64,000 nucleotides of DNA, taken from positions 128,001-192,000 of the IMG/VR virus record IMGVR_UViG_3300031857_023573; one strand, 5' to 3'. The stretch comes from a virus (Duplodnaviria; Caudoviricetes). Each line of letters opens with the position of its first letter. The first letter of the stretch is position 1. Of this stretch, positions 18,466-28,421 are shown piece after piece. A program made the position numbers and the translations under genes. The notes beneath the pieces are model-generated. The model was not told the DNA's origin. It saw nothing but the letters and a program-made list of their open reading frames with translations, and made no database searches.

Positions 18466-18759
18466 ATGATGAACAACCTTAATAACAATCTTCCAAGTTT
18501 TTCAAAAGCTCTTTCTCTTTTGGTAATTTTTGTAATTATACTTGCGCTTCTTTTTAGTGGATTATTCGTTTCTGTTGCAATTTTAGCAGCATTAATCGTT
18601 CCTTTAACTTGGATATGGGGTGTGCTGACCGGTCAGTCCTATGATAGAGTTTGTGACAATTCAGAGATTGTCTACCGACTTAATCAATTAGGTAAGTGGA
18701 CTCTAGTGATTGGTGCAGCAATCGGTCTAATTACAATTTTATTCGGTCTGTTTTTCTAA
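18466..18759 (+). CDS. Small membrane protein
   Basis: Two to three hydrophobic segments; ATG at 18466 lies just after the promoter-like element. Confidence 0.6.
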   Translation: MMNNLNNNLPSFSKALSLLVIFVIILALLFSGLFVSVAILAALIVPLTWIWGVLTGQSYDRVCDNSEIVYRLNQLGKWTLVIGAAIGLITILFGLFF

Positions 18760-18896
18760 CGACCTTGTCCTTTGTATGGTTTTTTATAATTCTTAGAAGT
18801 CTTATTTTTAGACTCTTTTTTCTTTGAGTGTTTACCGAGTTTCTTTTTAGTCTTTTTTAAAAAAGTCTTTAAATTAGACGTTGTTGTTTTTGCCAT
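18756..18896 (-). CDS. Very basic 46-aa protein; not in the ORF track
   Basis: Hand translation: MAKTTTSNLKTFLKKTKKKLGKHSKKKESKNKTSKNYKKPYKGQGR*. It fills the intergenic gap exactly, with an A-rich leader and an AAATATATA motif upstream. Confidence 0.75.
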   Translation of the reverse strand: MAKTTTSNLKTFLKKTKKKLGKHSKKKESKNKTSKNYKKPYKGQGR

Positions 18897-18942
18897 TTCT
18901 TCTTCTTAAATTTTAAGTATATATTTTTAATTTTTCATAAAT

Positions 18943-18957
18943 TTCCTTATATTTGTA
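18943..18957 (+). promoter_or_regulatory. Bacteroidota-type -7 element TAnnTTTG (TTCCTTATATTTGTA)
   Basis: 15-mer identical to the one upstream of the peptidase; TATATTTG at 18948-18955; start codon at 18970. Confidence 0.6.
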
Positions 18958-18969
18958 AAAATAAGCAAA

Positions 18970-19317
18970 ATGGATACTATCACATTAAACCCAAAAAACT
19001 TTAAACTTATCGCCGGTGATTTTATTTCTGAAGATTCCTTTGCAGATAAGATTTACGAAGAATCTGGTTCATTTTGTGACAATGCTCAGTGGATGAGCTT
19101 TAAGTGTGGTGAATTAACAATTGATGTTAATTATGAAATTAGTGTAAGTGGTTCAATTTTTGAAGATTCTGGTGACTACTGGACACCTCCAAGTTGTGAT
19201 GTAGATGTTGATGATGTAGATGTAACTATTTCTTCTGTTTCGATAAATGAGGATGATGTTGAATTAAGTGATGATCTTAAAAAAATATTTCTTAAAGTAG
19301 TCAATAATAATTTATAA
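18970..19317 (+). CDS. Acidic hypothetical protein
   Basis: 115-aa ORF directly after the promoter element; GDYWTPPS...DVDVDDVDV. Confidence 0.65.
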   Translation: MDTITLNPKNFKLIAGDFISEDSFADKIYEESGSFCDNAQWMSFKCGELTIDVNYEISVSGSIFEDSGDYWTPPSCDVDVDDVDVTISSVSINEDDVELSDDLKKIFLKVVNNNL

Positions 19318-19320
19318 TAT

Positions 19321-19563
19321 ATGGGATTCAAAACTAAAATTAAAGGTCTTAGTGAAAATGAGATAAAAAAATTTGTTAAAATTTCTATTATTAGTGGGTA
19401 TTCTAAAAGGATTCTAAAATCAAAGTCCTTAAAGAAAAATAGTTATCTTCAAGAGATAGTTGAAGAGGCCACAATTGAACTTGAAGATTTTATGAATTTT
19501 ATAGATAATAATATTGATTGTCCAGAGGAAAAATTAACATACTTATATAATCATCTAAAATGA
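19321..19563 (+). CDS. Hypothetical protein
   Basis: 80-aa ORF, tightly packed. Confidence 0.55.
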   Translation: MGFKTKIKGLSENEIKKFVKISIISGYSKRILKSKSLKKNSYLQEIVEEATIELEDFMNFIDNNIDCPEEKLTYLYNHLK

Positions 19564-19769
19564 TAAATTATCCAGAACCTGATAAAACTTATCGACATTA
19601 TAAGGGTGGACTTTATAAAGTCTTGTTTTTATCAAAACATACTGAAAATTCTGAAATTTTGGTAAACTACCAATCTTTACTTTTTGGTTCTTACTACTCA
19701 AGGCCTTTGGAGTCTTGGAATCAATTGACAGAAGATGGTGAGAAAAGATTTACACAAATTGAAAATTGA
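19560..19769 (+). CDS. DUF1653-like protein
   Basis: YRHYKGGLYKVLFLSKHTENSEILVNYQSL...YSRPLESW. Confidence 0.8.
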   Translation: MINYPEPDKTYRHYKGGLYKVLFLSKHTENSEILVNYQSLLFGSYYSRPLESWNQLTEDGEKRFTQIEN

Positions 19770-19773
19770 CATC

Positions 19774-20286
19774 ATGAATATAAAACTTGAAAAAATTATT
19801 ACCCCTGTTTTTGAAGATAATAGGGGATGCTTTGCACCAATTGAATTATCAAAAAATTGGATTCAATCTAATATCAGTATAAACGATAATCCCTATACAT
19901 TTAGGGGAATGCACTTACAAATTGGTAAGTATAGTCAGACAAAAAAAGTATCTGTAATTAGAGGATCAATAATTGATTTTGTCGTTGACTTGAGACCAGA
20001 AACTTTTGGAAATACATATGAATTTTTACTAGAATCTGGTCAGACTCTATTAGTTCCAAACAATTTTGCACATGGATTTCTAACACTTGACCCATCGACG
20101 ATTATAAATTATCTAGTTGATAATGTCTATCATAAAGATAGTGAAATTTCAATTCGATGGGATTCTGTTTCATCAGTTAAAGAGTCGATAAATAAATATT
20201 TAAATAATGATAGTTCAAAATTAGTAATTAGTGAGAAAGATAAAATTGGATTGACACTTGAGGAATTTAAAATTCAATTTGTCTGA
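19774..20286 (+). CDS. rmlC: dTDP-4-dehydrorhamnose 3,5-epimerase-like cupin
   Basis: FEDNRGCF, TFRGMHLQ, IIDFVVDLR, VPNNFAHGFLTL, INYLVDNVY; ATG at 19774 preferred. Confidence 0.85.
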   Translation: MNIKLEKIITPVFEDNRGCFAPIELSKNWIQSNISINDNPYTFRGMHLQIGKYSQTKKVSVIRGSIIDFVVDLRPETFGNTYEFLLESGQTLLVPNNFAHGFLTLDPSTIINYLVDNVYHKDSEISIRWDSVSSVKESINKYLNNDSSKLVISEKDKIGLTLEEFKIQFV

Positions 20287-20400
20287 CTATAAAATAAACT
20301 TTTAAAAAATTAATAATAAAATGTATGTGTTGTTTTTGAATGTAGTAAGTTGTATATCGTTATCCATTATCTTCTTCTCAAAAATTTGCTACATTCTGGG

Positions 20401-20430
20401 AAAGACCCTTCTTTTTGAGGGGTCTTTTAT
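20401..20430 (+). terminator. Rho-independent terminator
   Basis: AAAGACCCTTC-TTTTT-GAGGGGTCTTT stem (11 bp, one G-U pair) followed by a T-rich tail. Confidence 0.7.
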
Positions 20431-20471
20431 CTTTTCTAAACTGTACTAATTACAAATACAAATACTTTAAG

Positions 20472-20975
20472 ATGAAACTAGAAATAGAAAGAAAGTTTTT
20501 ACTAAAAAGTCTTCCTAAAATTCAACCCACTCAGTCAATTAATATAGATCAATATTATTTTAAAAATTCATCTGGTATATGGGAACGTGCTCGTACCTGG
20601 GAAACTGATGATGGTGAAATAAAATATATTCATACTATTAAAAAAAGTGTATCTAAAGGGGTAAACATTGAAGATGAATATGAGATGTCGGAGTCTGACT
20701 ATGGTAAATTTGTATCAACTTGTCGCAAGTCTGTAGTTGATTCAAAATTTATTAAAAAAACCAGATATATATATCCAGATGGAGAGTTAAAATGGGAAGT
20801 TGATCTATTTCACGGTGATTATAAATTAATTATCGCAGAAATTGAAATCCCAAAAAAAACTTACAAATTAACAGTACCTGATTTTATAAAAGATGTTAGT
20901 CTTTTAGAAGTCACTGGATTAAAACAATTTAATAACAGAAGTCTATCTATTAAGATTGATAAAAATGCAAATTAA
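20472..20975 (+). CDS. CYTH-domain (triphosphate tunnel metalloenzyme) protein
   Basis: N-terminal EIERKFLL motif, KTRY, WEVDLF, IAEIE; ATG at 20472. Confidence 0.85.
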   Translation: MKLEIERKFLLKSLPKIQPTQSINIDQYYFKNSSGIWERARTWETDDGEIKYIHTIKKSVSKGVNIEDEYEMSESDYGKFVSTCRKSVVDSKFIKKTRYIYPDGELKWEVDLFHGDYKLIIAEIEIPKKTYKLTVPDFIKDVSLLEVTGLKQFNNRSLSIKIDKNAN

Positions 20976-21312
20976 AGTCTTAAATAAAATTTTTGATTGT
21001 ATAGATGGTTCGGTTCAACTTTCATTTGGATCACATGCTACTATAGATTTGAATTTTGATATAAATCAATGTCAATGTTATGACCATTTTATTAAAATTT
21101 ATGAATCAAACGCTAAATTTGAAATTGAGTCTAAAACCTTTTTAGGAAAGGGTTGTCACATCAAAGCTTTTGATATTGACTACAATCAAAATAGGATGAA
21201 TATTTCAATACATTGTGATTTACTCAATCCTATCGACTTGCAAATAAGACGAGAAGATTTTTTGAACGATATACTTACTAAAACTTTTATTAATAAAGAC
21301 GATATAAATTAA
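20956..21312 (+). CDS. Hypothetical protein with IRREDFLNDIL motif near the C-terminus
   Basis: About 118-aa ORF between CYTH and ClpC. Confidence 0.55.
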   Translation: MIKMQIKVLNKIFDCIDGSVQLSFGSHATIDLNFDINQCQCYDHFIKIYESNAKFEIESKTFLGKGCHIKAFDIDYNQNRMNISIHCDLLNPIDLQIRREDFLNDILTKTFINKDDIN

Positions 21313-21329
21313 ACAAAAATACTATTATT

Positions 21330-23453
21330 ATGGATAAAATCATTTCTGATGAAAATTACATCAAAGAAAATTACGATATCAAAAACGCCTTGAGTGATGA
21401 TGACGACGATATCGATGATAGTTTTAAAGCTAAGAAAAATCAAGGATCTAGTAAGACTCCTATACTCGACTCTTATAGTAGAGATCTAACCAAGTTCGCT
21501 GAAGAAGGAAAACTTGACCCAATTGTTGGTCGACTAAAAGAAATAGAACGAGTTTCTCAAATTCTTTCTAGAAGAAAGAAAAATAATCCAATTTTAATTG
21601 GTGAGCCTGGAGTTGGTAAGTCTGCTATAGCAGAGGGTCTTGCTCTGAAAATAGTTCAAAGAAAATGTTCTCGAGTTCTTTTTAACAAGAGAATTGTTAC
21701 TCTCGATCTAGCATCGATGGTGGCTGGTACTAAATATCGTGGTCAGTTTGAAGAGAGAATTAAAGCTCTTATGGCTGAACTTGAAAAAAATCCTGATATT
21801 ATACTATTCATCGATGAAATTCATACGATGATTGGAGCAGGTGGCGCTTCGGGATCACTTGATGCTTCAAATATGTTCAAACCAGCTCTAGCACGAGGAG
21901 AGATACAAATCATCGGCGCAACTACGATTGATGAGTACAGAAAACACATCGAAAAAGATGGCGCTCTTGAGCGTCGTTTTCAAAAAGTTATGGTAGAACC
22001 GGCAACAGTTGAAGAGACTTATCAAATTCTTAATAACATTAAAGATAAATATGAATCACATCACAATGTAAACTATACTGAAGAGGCTATTAAAGCATGT
22101 GTTGAATTAACATCAAGATATATGTCAGATAGATTTCTACCAGATAAGGCTATCGACGCTTTAGATGAGGCCGGATCAAGAGTGCATATTTCAAACATTG
22201 TTGTTCCTAAAAGTGTTACAGATATTGAACAAAAACTAGTAGATATCAAAGACAAAAAACAAGAAGTTGTAAAAAGTCAGCGATATGAGGAAGCCGCTAA
22301 ACTACGTGATGTTGAAAAACAACTTCAAAAATCACTTGAAGAAGCTCGTAAGAAGTGGGATGAAGATTCAAAAGAAAATCGTCAAACCGTTAATGAAGAG
22401 AATGTTGCGGAAGTTGTTTCTATGATGACTGGAATTCCTCTAACTAAGGTATCACAGAATGAAAATCAAAAACTTGCCAAAATGTATGACTCAATGTCCG
22501 GTAAGGTTATTGGACAAGATGATGCTGTGAAAAAAGTTGTTAAGGCAATCCAGCGAGGTAGAGTTGGAATGAAGGATCCTAATAAACCGGTATTTTCTGG
22601 TATTCTTATTGGAAACTCTGGCGTTGGTAAAACTGAACTCGCAAAACAACTAGCTAAATATCTTTTTGACTCAGAAGACGCACTTATTCGACTTGATATG
22701 TCTGAGTATATGGAAAAGATTTCTTTGACTAGAATTCAAGGTTCAGCTCCTGGTTATGTTGGATATGAAGATGCCAACGTTCTTGATAAAATCAGAAGAA
22801 AGCCATATTCTGTTGTACTTTTTGATGAGATTGAAAAAGCTCATCCTGATATTTTTAATTTATTTCTTCAAATGCTTGATGAAGGTCATGTAACAGATTC
22901 ACACGGTAGAAAAGTTAATTTTAAAAACTGTGTTATCTTGATGACTTCTAATGTTGGTACTAAGGTAGTTAAAGAATTTGGTTCTGGTGTTGGTTTCTCA
23001 ACAAAATCAAAGCAAGACTCTAAAGACTCTGATGTTAAAGATATTTTAGAGAAAGAACTTAAAAAGAAATTTGCCCCTGAGTTTATCAATCGTCTTGACG
23101 AGATCATTTACTTCAGAGATTTAGGTAAGGAGGAAATACTAAAAATAGTCGAACTAGAACTTACAAAAACGATCGCGAGAGCAAAAGAACTTGGATTTGA
23201 ACTTGAAATTACTGATGAATTAAAGACGCAACTTGTTGAAGTTGGATATGATCCTCAATATGGAGCAAGGCCATTAAAAAGAGCTTTACAAAAATGGATT
23301 GATGATTACGTCACAGAATTCATTATTGAGAATAATCCTAAACAAGGTTCGATACTAAAAATCAATTATGATTCTGAAAGCGATAAGACTATCGTGACTA
23401 ATGAATTCTCTAAATTAGAAACTAAAACTTCAAAAAGGAAGAAAAAAGAATAA
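21330..23453 (+). CDS. clpC: ClpC-like Hsp100 ATPase lacking the N-terminal Clp-repeat domain
   Basis: Two AAA+ modules ([15 protein letters not shown]; [17 protein letters not shown]), UVR-type middle coil ([11 protein letters not shown]), ClpP-docking loop [11 protein letters not shown]. Confidence 0.9.
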   Translation: MDKIISDENYIKENYDIKNALSDDDDDIDDSFKAKKNQGSSKTPILDSYSRDLTKFAEEGKLDPIVGRLKEIERVSQILSRRKKNNPILIGEPGVGKSAIAEGLALKIVQRKCSRVLFNKRIVTLDLASMVAGTKYRGQFEERIKALMAELEKNPDIILFIDEIHTMIGAGGASGSLDASNMFKPALARGEIQIIGATTIDEYRKHIEKDGALERRFQKVMVEPATVEETYQILNNIKDKYESHHNVNYTEEAIKACVELTSRYMSDRFLPDKAIDALDEAGSRVHISNIVVPKSVTDIEQKLVDIKDKKQEVVKSQRYEEAAKLRDVEKQLQKSLEEARKKWDEDSKENRQTVNEENVAEVVSMMTGIPLTKVSQNENQKLAKMYDSMSGKVIGQDDAVKKVVKAIQRGRVGMKDPNKPVFSGILIGNSGVGKTELAKQLAKYLFDSEDALIRLDMSEYMEKISLTRIQGSAPGYVGYEDANVLDKIRRKPYSVVLFDEIEKAHPDIFNLFLQMLDEGHVTDSHGRKVNFKNCVILMTSNVGTKVVKEFGSGVGFSTKSKQDSKDSDVKDILEKELKKKFAPEFINRLDEIIYFRDLGKEEILKIVELELTKTIARAKELGFELEITDELKTQLVEVGYDPQYGARPLKRALQKWIDDYVTEFIIENNPKQGSILKINYDSESDKTIVTNEFSKLETKTSKRKKKE

Positions 23454-23473
23454 AATTAAAAAATAATTTTGAA

Positions 23474-24220
23474 ATGGAAGAAAAAATATCTAATTGGCTA
23501 AAAGAATATTTAGAGAAAAATAATTTAGATTGCTTTGTTGTTGGTATAAGTGGTGGAATAGATTCATCACTTACTTCAACACTATGTGCCATGAGTGGAA
23601 TAAAGACAATTGTTGTCAGTTTACCAATTCATCAATTCAAGGATCAACTACAGAGAGCACATAATCACATAAAATGGCTCAAAGATAGATATCAGAATGT
23701 AGAAGATTTTGAATTTGATCTTAGTGAAACTTTTGAAGTATTCAAAAAATTATTCAATGATTCAAATGACTTGGCACTAGCTAACTCTCGTTCAAGACTT
23801 AGAATGGTCACTCTGTATCAAATTTCCGGTATGAGAAACGGATTAGTTGTTGGAACCGGTAACAAGATCGAAGATTTTGGCATCGGATTTTTTACAAAAT
23901 ATGGAGACGGTGGGGTTGATATATCACCTATAGCCGATTTCACTAAAACTGAAGTTAGAACTATGTCTAAAAATTTAGGAATTTTAAATGAAATAATATT
24001 AGCCAGTCCAACGGATGGTCTTTGGGATGATTGTAGAACAGATGAGCAACAGATAGGAGCGACCTATGAGGAATTAGAATGGGCCATGAATGTAAAATTA
24101 ACTTCTGATGATGATAAAAAAATACTATCTGATAGACAAAAAGAAGTACTTTCTATTTATACAAAGCTAAACAGCGCCAATAGACATAAAATGACACCCT
24201 TACCAATCTTCAAAAGATAA
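23474..24220 (+). CDS. nadE: NH3-dependent NAD+ synthetase
   Basis: VGISGGIDSS PP-loop, ANSRSRLRMVTLY, VVGTGNKIE, FFTKYGDGGVDISPIAD, PTDGLW. Confidence 0.93.
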   Translation: MEEKISNWLKEYLEKNNLDCFVVGISGGIDSSLTSTLCAMSGIKTIVVSLPIHQFKDQLQRAHNHIKWLKDRYQNVEDFEFDLSETFEVFKKLFNDSNDLALANSRSRLRMVTLYQISGMRNGLVVGTGNKIEDFGIGFFTKYGDGGVDISPIADFTKTEVRTMSKNLGILNEIILASPTDGLWDDCRTDEQQIGATYEELEWAMNVKLTSDDDKKILSDRQKEVLSIYTKLNSANRHKMTPLPIFKR

Positions 24221-24244
24221 TTGTTCCTATTCAAATGATTAACT

Positions 24245-24271
24245 AAATACAATCGTCTAAGATTTGTATTT
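24245..24271. terminator. Possible hairpin between the convergent nadE and glycan-island transcripts
   Basis: AAATACAATC-GTCTAA-GATTTGTATTT; AT-rich with one bulge, so weak. Confidence 0.3.
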
Positions 24272-24331
24272 TAATCTAGTCTAAATTTACTTTAGTTTCA
24301 CCACCTCCACTTATCCAGAAAAGTAAACTTC

Positions 24332-24928
24332 TTAATTGATTGTTTTGAAAATTTCTAGTTGTGTTAAATCCGGCCAGTCATTTATGTGCCACTGCCTTGG
24401 ACTAGTTGTTATGGCGATAGGAAGTTTTTCTAGACCAAGCTTCGCTGTTTCAGGTGTCATATAATAATGATATCCAATTGTATCAATATTCTGATCTCTC
24501 CAAGGTTTGTCAGGTGTTCTTCCATCATATGACATCTTTTTAAGTAAAATTGATTTTTCATAATTATCAGTTAATATTATACCTCCTCTTCCTAAGGAGA
24601 GATGTTTTTGATATTGAAAACTGAGACACATGAAAGTACCTTGTATGTATGACTTTTTCTTCCACAAAACAGCAGCATCTATGACATTATCTGTTAGATA
24701 ATAATAATCTATCCAATTTTCATCTTTCCACTTTAGATTAATATTCAATTTATTAGATAGAAACGGTATAGAAAGATATGTTCTTTTAGGAACACTTATT
24801 TCTTTAGCATTTGTCATACGAAGACACAATTCAACTCCATGTGTGCAACTGTCAGTTGCTATTGCATAGGAAGCTCCAAAAAAATTAGCTACCTCAATTT
24901 CAAATTCTTTTATTATTTCAAAACTCAT
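24332..24928 (-). CDS. Short DegT/DnrJ/EryC1-type PLP aminotransferase-like protein
   Basis: AIATDSCTHG, IDAA, LSFQYQKHLSLGRGGIILTD (PLP lysine), GYHYYM; only 198 aa. Confidence 0.75.
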   Translation of the reverse strand: MSFEIIKEFEIEVANFFGASYAIATDSCTHGVELCLRMTNAKEISVPKRTYLSIPFLSNKLNINLKWKDENWIDYYYLTDNVIDAAVLWKKKSYIQGTFMCLSFQYQKHLSLGRGGIILTDNYEKSILLKKMSYDGRTPDKPWRDQNIDTIGYHYYMTPETAKLGLEKLPIAITTSPRQWHINDWPDLTQLEIFKTIN

Positions 24929-25442
24929 AACCTAATTTTTTTGCATTTTTTAAAATTTTTTTACTATCTATTTTTTTTACTAATTTTGCAGGATTACCTT
25001 TGTAGACTCCCCACTCTTCCGTATCACCCATTAATAGACTACCTGCTGATAATAAAACTCCTTTTCTAAGTATAGACCCTGGTAGTACTATTGAATTCGT
25101 GCCAATATTTGAGAATTCTTCCATAATTACCGGGTTTGTAATTTGCCTACCTTTCAATTCTTTTGGAATTAAAGCACCGAATAAACCACTATCATCAAAT
25201 CTGTCAGATGAACAAATAATTCTAGCGCCTGTCATTATATTATTAAATCCTTTACAAATCAATTTTGAATTTTCACCACCAATGCATGTGACATAGGGAG
25301 ATATATGTATATAGTCACCTATCTCTATTTGTGTAGTACAATAGAACCCTTTATCAATTGCGACCCTGTTTCCTATTTTACAAAGATTTGGATTTTTAAA
25401 CTCCACATCTGAATGTATTATAACATCAGTTCCTATTGTCAT
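24918..25442 (-). CDS. Hexapeptide-repeat (LbH) acyltransferase
   Basis: IGNRVAID, IGDYIHIS, NIGTNSIVLPGSIL...GVYKGNPAKLVK. Confidence 0.85.
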   Translation of the reverse strand: MTIGTDVIIHSDVEFKNPNLCKIGNRVAIDKGFYCTTQIEIGDYIHISPYVTCIGGENSKLICKGFNNIMTGARIICSSDRFDDSGLFGALIPKELKGRQITNPVIMEEFSNIGTNSIVLPGSILRKGVLLSAGSLLMGDTEEWGVYKGNPAKLVKKIDSKKILKNAKKLGYEF

Positions 25443-26364
25443 TTGTTATACTTTTTTTATCTTTAAAATTTTCACTATTAAAATAGTCTGATAGTTCATT
25501 TATACCAGATTTTAAATCAAATTTAATTTTATAGTCAAGTTTTGATTTAATTTTAGAAAAATTAACTTTATAATCTCTAGGATCATCCCAGTCAACTTTA
25601 TTAACTTTAAAATTTTTAAAAGATAAAAGCTCATCAATTATTTCCCTTTTAGTATAATTTAAACTTTCATCCCCTAAATTGTAAACACCTGTCAAATTTT
25701 TTTCTAAAGAAAGTATAATCATATTACAAGCATCTTCAATGTGAACATATGGTCTCCAAGCTTGCTCACCATAGAGACTGATCTCACCGTCTTTATAAAT
25801 TTCATAAATAAATTGATTAATTGTTAAATCTACCCTCATTCTATGAGAAACACCAAATAATGTAGAACATCTTAAAATTAAATAGGATTTAACATTCTCT
25901 ATTATAAAATTTTCAGCTTTTATTTTAGAAGATGAGTAAATACCTAAGGGGTTTAATTCCGAAGTCTCATCAACAATTAAATCATTTTTCCCATAATTAG
26001 AACAAGTACTCAAAAATAAAAATTGTTTATTTTGATCATCACAAATCTTTGCTAAAAAGATAGCAGCATCTGAGTTTACTCTATATGACTCTTCTTTGTT
26101 AATTTTACAAATGGGCTCACCTACATAAGCAGCTAAATTTATTATAATATCATTTTTGGCAACTATTGATTCTAATTTTACATAGTCCATTACACATCCT
26201 TTTATAAACTGATAATTACTATTATTTAAAAATGGTTTAATACCATCATCTCCAAAATAAAGAATATCATATACTGTGACATTATATCCATTTTCTAAGA
26301 GCTTTTCACTTAACTTAGAACCAAAAAATCCAGCACCTCCGGTGATGAGAACATTTTTACTCAT
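25426..26364 (-). CDS. NAD-dependent sugar epimerase/dehydratase (extended SDR)
   Basis: ITGGAGFFGS, INLAAYVG, STCSNYG, YSSSK (YxxxK), RPYVHIED; ATG at 26364 preferred. Confidence 0.9.
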   Translation of the reverse strand: MSKNVLITGGAGFFGSKLSEKLLENGYNVTVYDILYFGDDGIKPFLNNSNYQFIKGCVMDYVKLESIVAKNDIIINLAAYVGEPICKINKEESYRVNSDAAIFLAKICDDQNKQFLFLSTCSNYGKNDLIVDETSELNPLGIYSSSKIKAENFIIENVKSYLILRCSTLFGVSHRMRVDLTINQFIYEIYKDGEISLYGEQAWRPYVHIEDACNMIILSLEKNLTGVYNLGDESLNYTKREIIDELLSFKNFKVNKVDWDDPRDYKVNFSKIKSKLDYKIKFDLKSGINELSDYFNSENFKDKKSITNDNRN

Positions 26365-27607
26365 ATAAAGAATCTCCAATTTTTATTAATTTAATACCAT
26401 CTTCTTTATTAAGATATCTCCATGGATCAATTACTACTGAACCCTTTGGAAATTTATAATTCAGGAACAAATCGTGATTTGTTCCAATAAAAAATATCGA
26501 ACTATCTATAATTGGGGGATTAGTATCATCTATCCAAGGATCATACATTAATACTTCAATGCCTTTTTCCTCTAGAATGTTTCTAAGTAATATTGATGGA
26601 CTACCAACTGTAAGATTTGTTTCTTTTTTAAATGTTTTACCCAAAATAACTATTGGTAAATTAGTTTTATTTTTTTCCTCGATAATTATATTTGCGAGCC
26701 ACTCAGTCTGATATTCTCTACAATACATCAAACTCTCATACCAGTCATAACTAAGATTTACTTTTTTAGCGAGCCAAGAGAGAGCTATATTATCTCTTGG
26801 GTGACATCCACCACCATCTCCCATGCCACCTGATAAATATTTTGGACTCATTAGTCTCTCATTAGATAATGTGAGAGCCTTCATAACATTATCACAATTT
26901 ATATTATCTAACTTATGTGATAGCTCCATGACAGTATTGGCCAAACATATTTTCATCGTGATATAAGTATTGTATGTCACTTTTATCATTTCTGCTTCTT
27001 CTATTGTGCATTTAAAAACCGACTTATTATGTAATGTAGAATAAAACTTCTTAGTTTTTATGTATGCTTCGTTATCATCTACACCAAAAAGTATAAACTC
27101 TGGGTTTATAAAATCTCTTATTGTTGTACCCATGGCAATAAAAAATGGATTATAACAAAGTTTTACAAACTCATTTAAAAGAGGTTTTATCTCGTTTCTT
27201 ATTGTACCAGGTAGAACTGTTGATATAATTATCACAATTTTTTCTTTTCCTTGTTTCAGAATCTCATCGGAAAGTGTTTTTACTCCAGACTTTAGATATG
27301 TATAGTCAAAATCAACTCTATCTTCAGGAAGTCTTGTTATACCCTCATATTTCTCAGAGTGTGGAGTCTGGATTGGCACAAATATGATATCAGACTTTTC
27401 AACAACTTTTTCAACAGAAGACCAGTTTATTTTACTCTTATTTAAGAGTTCTTGTGCACCTTCTTCTTTGTATGGAAGAATTTTTGTGTCTAAAATTTTT
27501 TTAACTTCTAAATTTATATCATATCCAAATATTTCATGACCAGCATTTTCAGTAGCTAGCGCACAAGGAAGACCAAGTTTTCCTAAACCTATAAATCCTA
27601 TATTCAT
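26357..27607 (-). CDS. UDP-glucose/GDP-mannose 6-dehydrogenase family protein
   Basis: [36 protein letters not shown] (catalytic Cys), LGKTFK. Confidence 0.9.
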   Translation of the reverse strand: MNIGFIGLGKLGLPCALATENAGHEIFGYDINLEVKKILDTKILPYKEEGAQELLNKSKINWSSVEKVVEKSDIIFVPIQTPHSEKYEGITRLPEDRVDFDYTYLKSGVKTLSDEILKQGKEKIVIIISTVLPGTIRNEIKPLLNEFVKLCYNPFFIAMGTTIRDFINPEFILFGVDDNEAYIKTKKFYSTLHNKSVFKCTIEEAEMIKVTYNTYITMKICLANTVMELSHKLDNINCDNVMKALTLSNERLMSPKYLSGGMGDGGGCHPRDNIALSWLAKKVNLSYDWYESLMYCREYQTEWLANIIIEEKNKTNLPIVILGKTFKKETNLTVGSPSILLRNILEEKGIEVLMYDPWIDDTNPPIIDSSIFFIGTNHDLFLNYKFPKGSVVIDPWRYLNKEDGIKLIKIGDSLYE

Positions 27608-28419
27608 AAACTGTTATTTTTTTTTGAGATAACTAACCAATGCCAACCTAATTTAGAGCTTAACCATTTGAAAATATTATTCGGCATTATTCTGAAGAAC
27701 CATCTTTTTTTATATTCTTTTTTTATATACTTACTTATAATATAAGGAAAAATATGAAATTTGTTTATTTTAATTATATTAAAATCTCTAAATAAATTTT
27801 TTATCTCTTTCTTATTATAAGTATGAGCTATTGGACATCCTAATTGAGCTTCCGCATAATATTGAATTGATTTTCTTGGATTAAAGAGGAATCTCCAGCC
27901 ATTTGTAAATAATGATTCTAACATTTTATATGAAATGAATGAGTAGACCATTATTCTAACTTCTGTATCATCGTGGCAATATTGTACCAAAGATTTCATG
28001 ATTTTATATGGTTTTGGTGAGTGATGTATCACACCAAATGAATATATCAAATCAAATTTTTCATTTTCAATATACTCATAAATTTCTTCAGCGTTACAAA
28101 GTATGAATCTCGCATTCAAACCATAAACTTCAAATCTTTTTTTACAAATTTCCAGAGATTCTTCTGAGAGTTCTACACAAGTCAGTTCAGCTCCTGCTTT
28201 CGCGAATCTTATAGAGTCTGTTCCTATTCCACATCCCAATTCTAGAACTTTTTTACCACTCCATTTATGAAATTCTGCAAATTCAAGAATATGAGGCTCT
28301 ACAAAATATCTTCTCTTGTCGACTTCTTCAAAGTACTCAATAGTTCCTATTTTTTTATCAGAGTGTTTTATGTTACAGGGTCTTCTGTTCCAATAATCTT
28401 TAACAATTTCAATATTCAT
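27604..28419 (-). CDS. Class I SAM-dependent methyltransferase
   Basis: VLELGCGIG motif [13 protein letters not shown]. Confidence 0.85.
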   Translation of the reverse strand: MNIEIVKDYWNRRPCNIKHSDKKIGTIEYFEEVDKRRYFVEPHILEFAEFHKWSGKKVLELGCGIGTDSIRFAKAGAELTCVELSEESLEICKKRFEVYGLNARFILCNAEEIYEYIENEKFDLIYSFGVIHHSPKPYKIMKSLVQYCHDDTEVRIMVYSFISYKMLESLFTNGWRFLFNPRKSIQYYAEAQLGCPIAHTYNKKEIKNLFRDFNIIKINKFHIFPYIISKYIKKEYKKRWFFRIMPNNIFKWLSSKLGWHWLVISKKNNSL

Positions 28420-28421
28420 AA

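Noticed and set aside
20321-20449. 42-aa hydrophobic ORF (MYVLFLNVVSC...) after rmlC
   Set aside because: It runs through the strong terminator hairpin at 20401-20430, and hydrophobicity is expected from T-rich DNA; no supporting motif.
9619-23453. Inteins or introns in SbcC or ClpC
   Set aside because: Motif spacing is normal, with no intein-like insertion or interrupted frame.
24276-24335. Frameshifted continuation of the short aminotransferase
   Set aside because: The alternative-frame peptide (LRSLLFWISGGGETKVNLD*) is short and shows no DegT C-terminal features; no slippery site evident.
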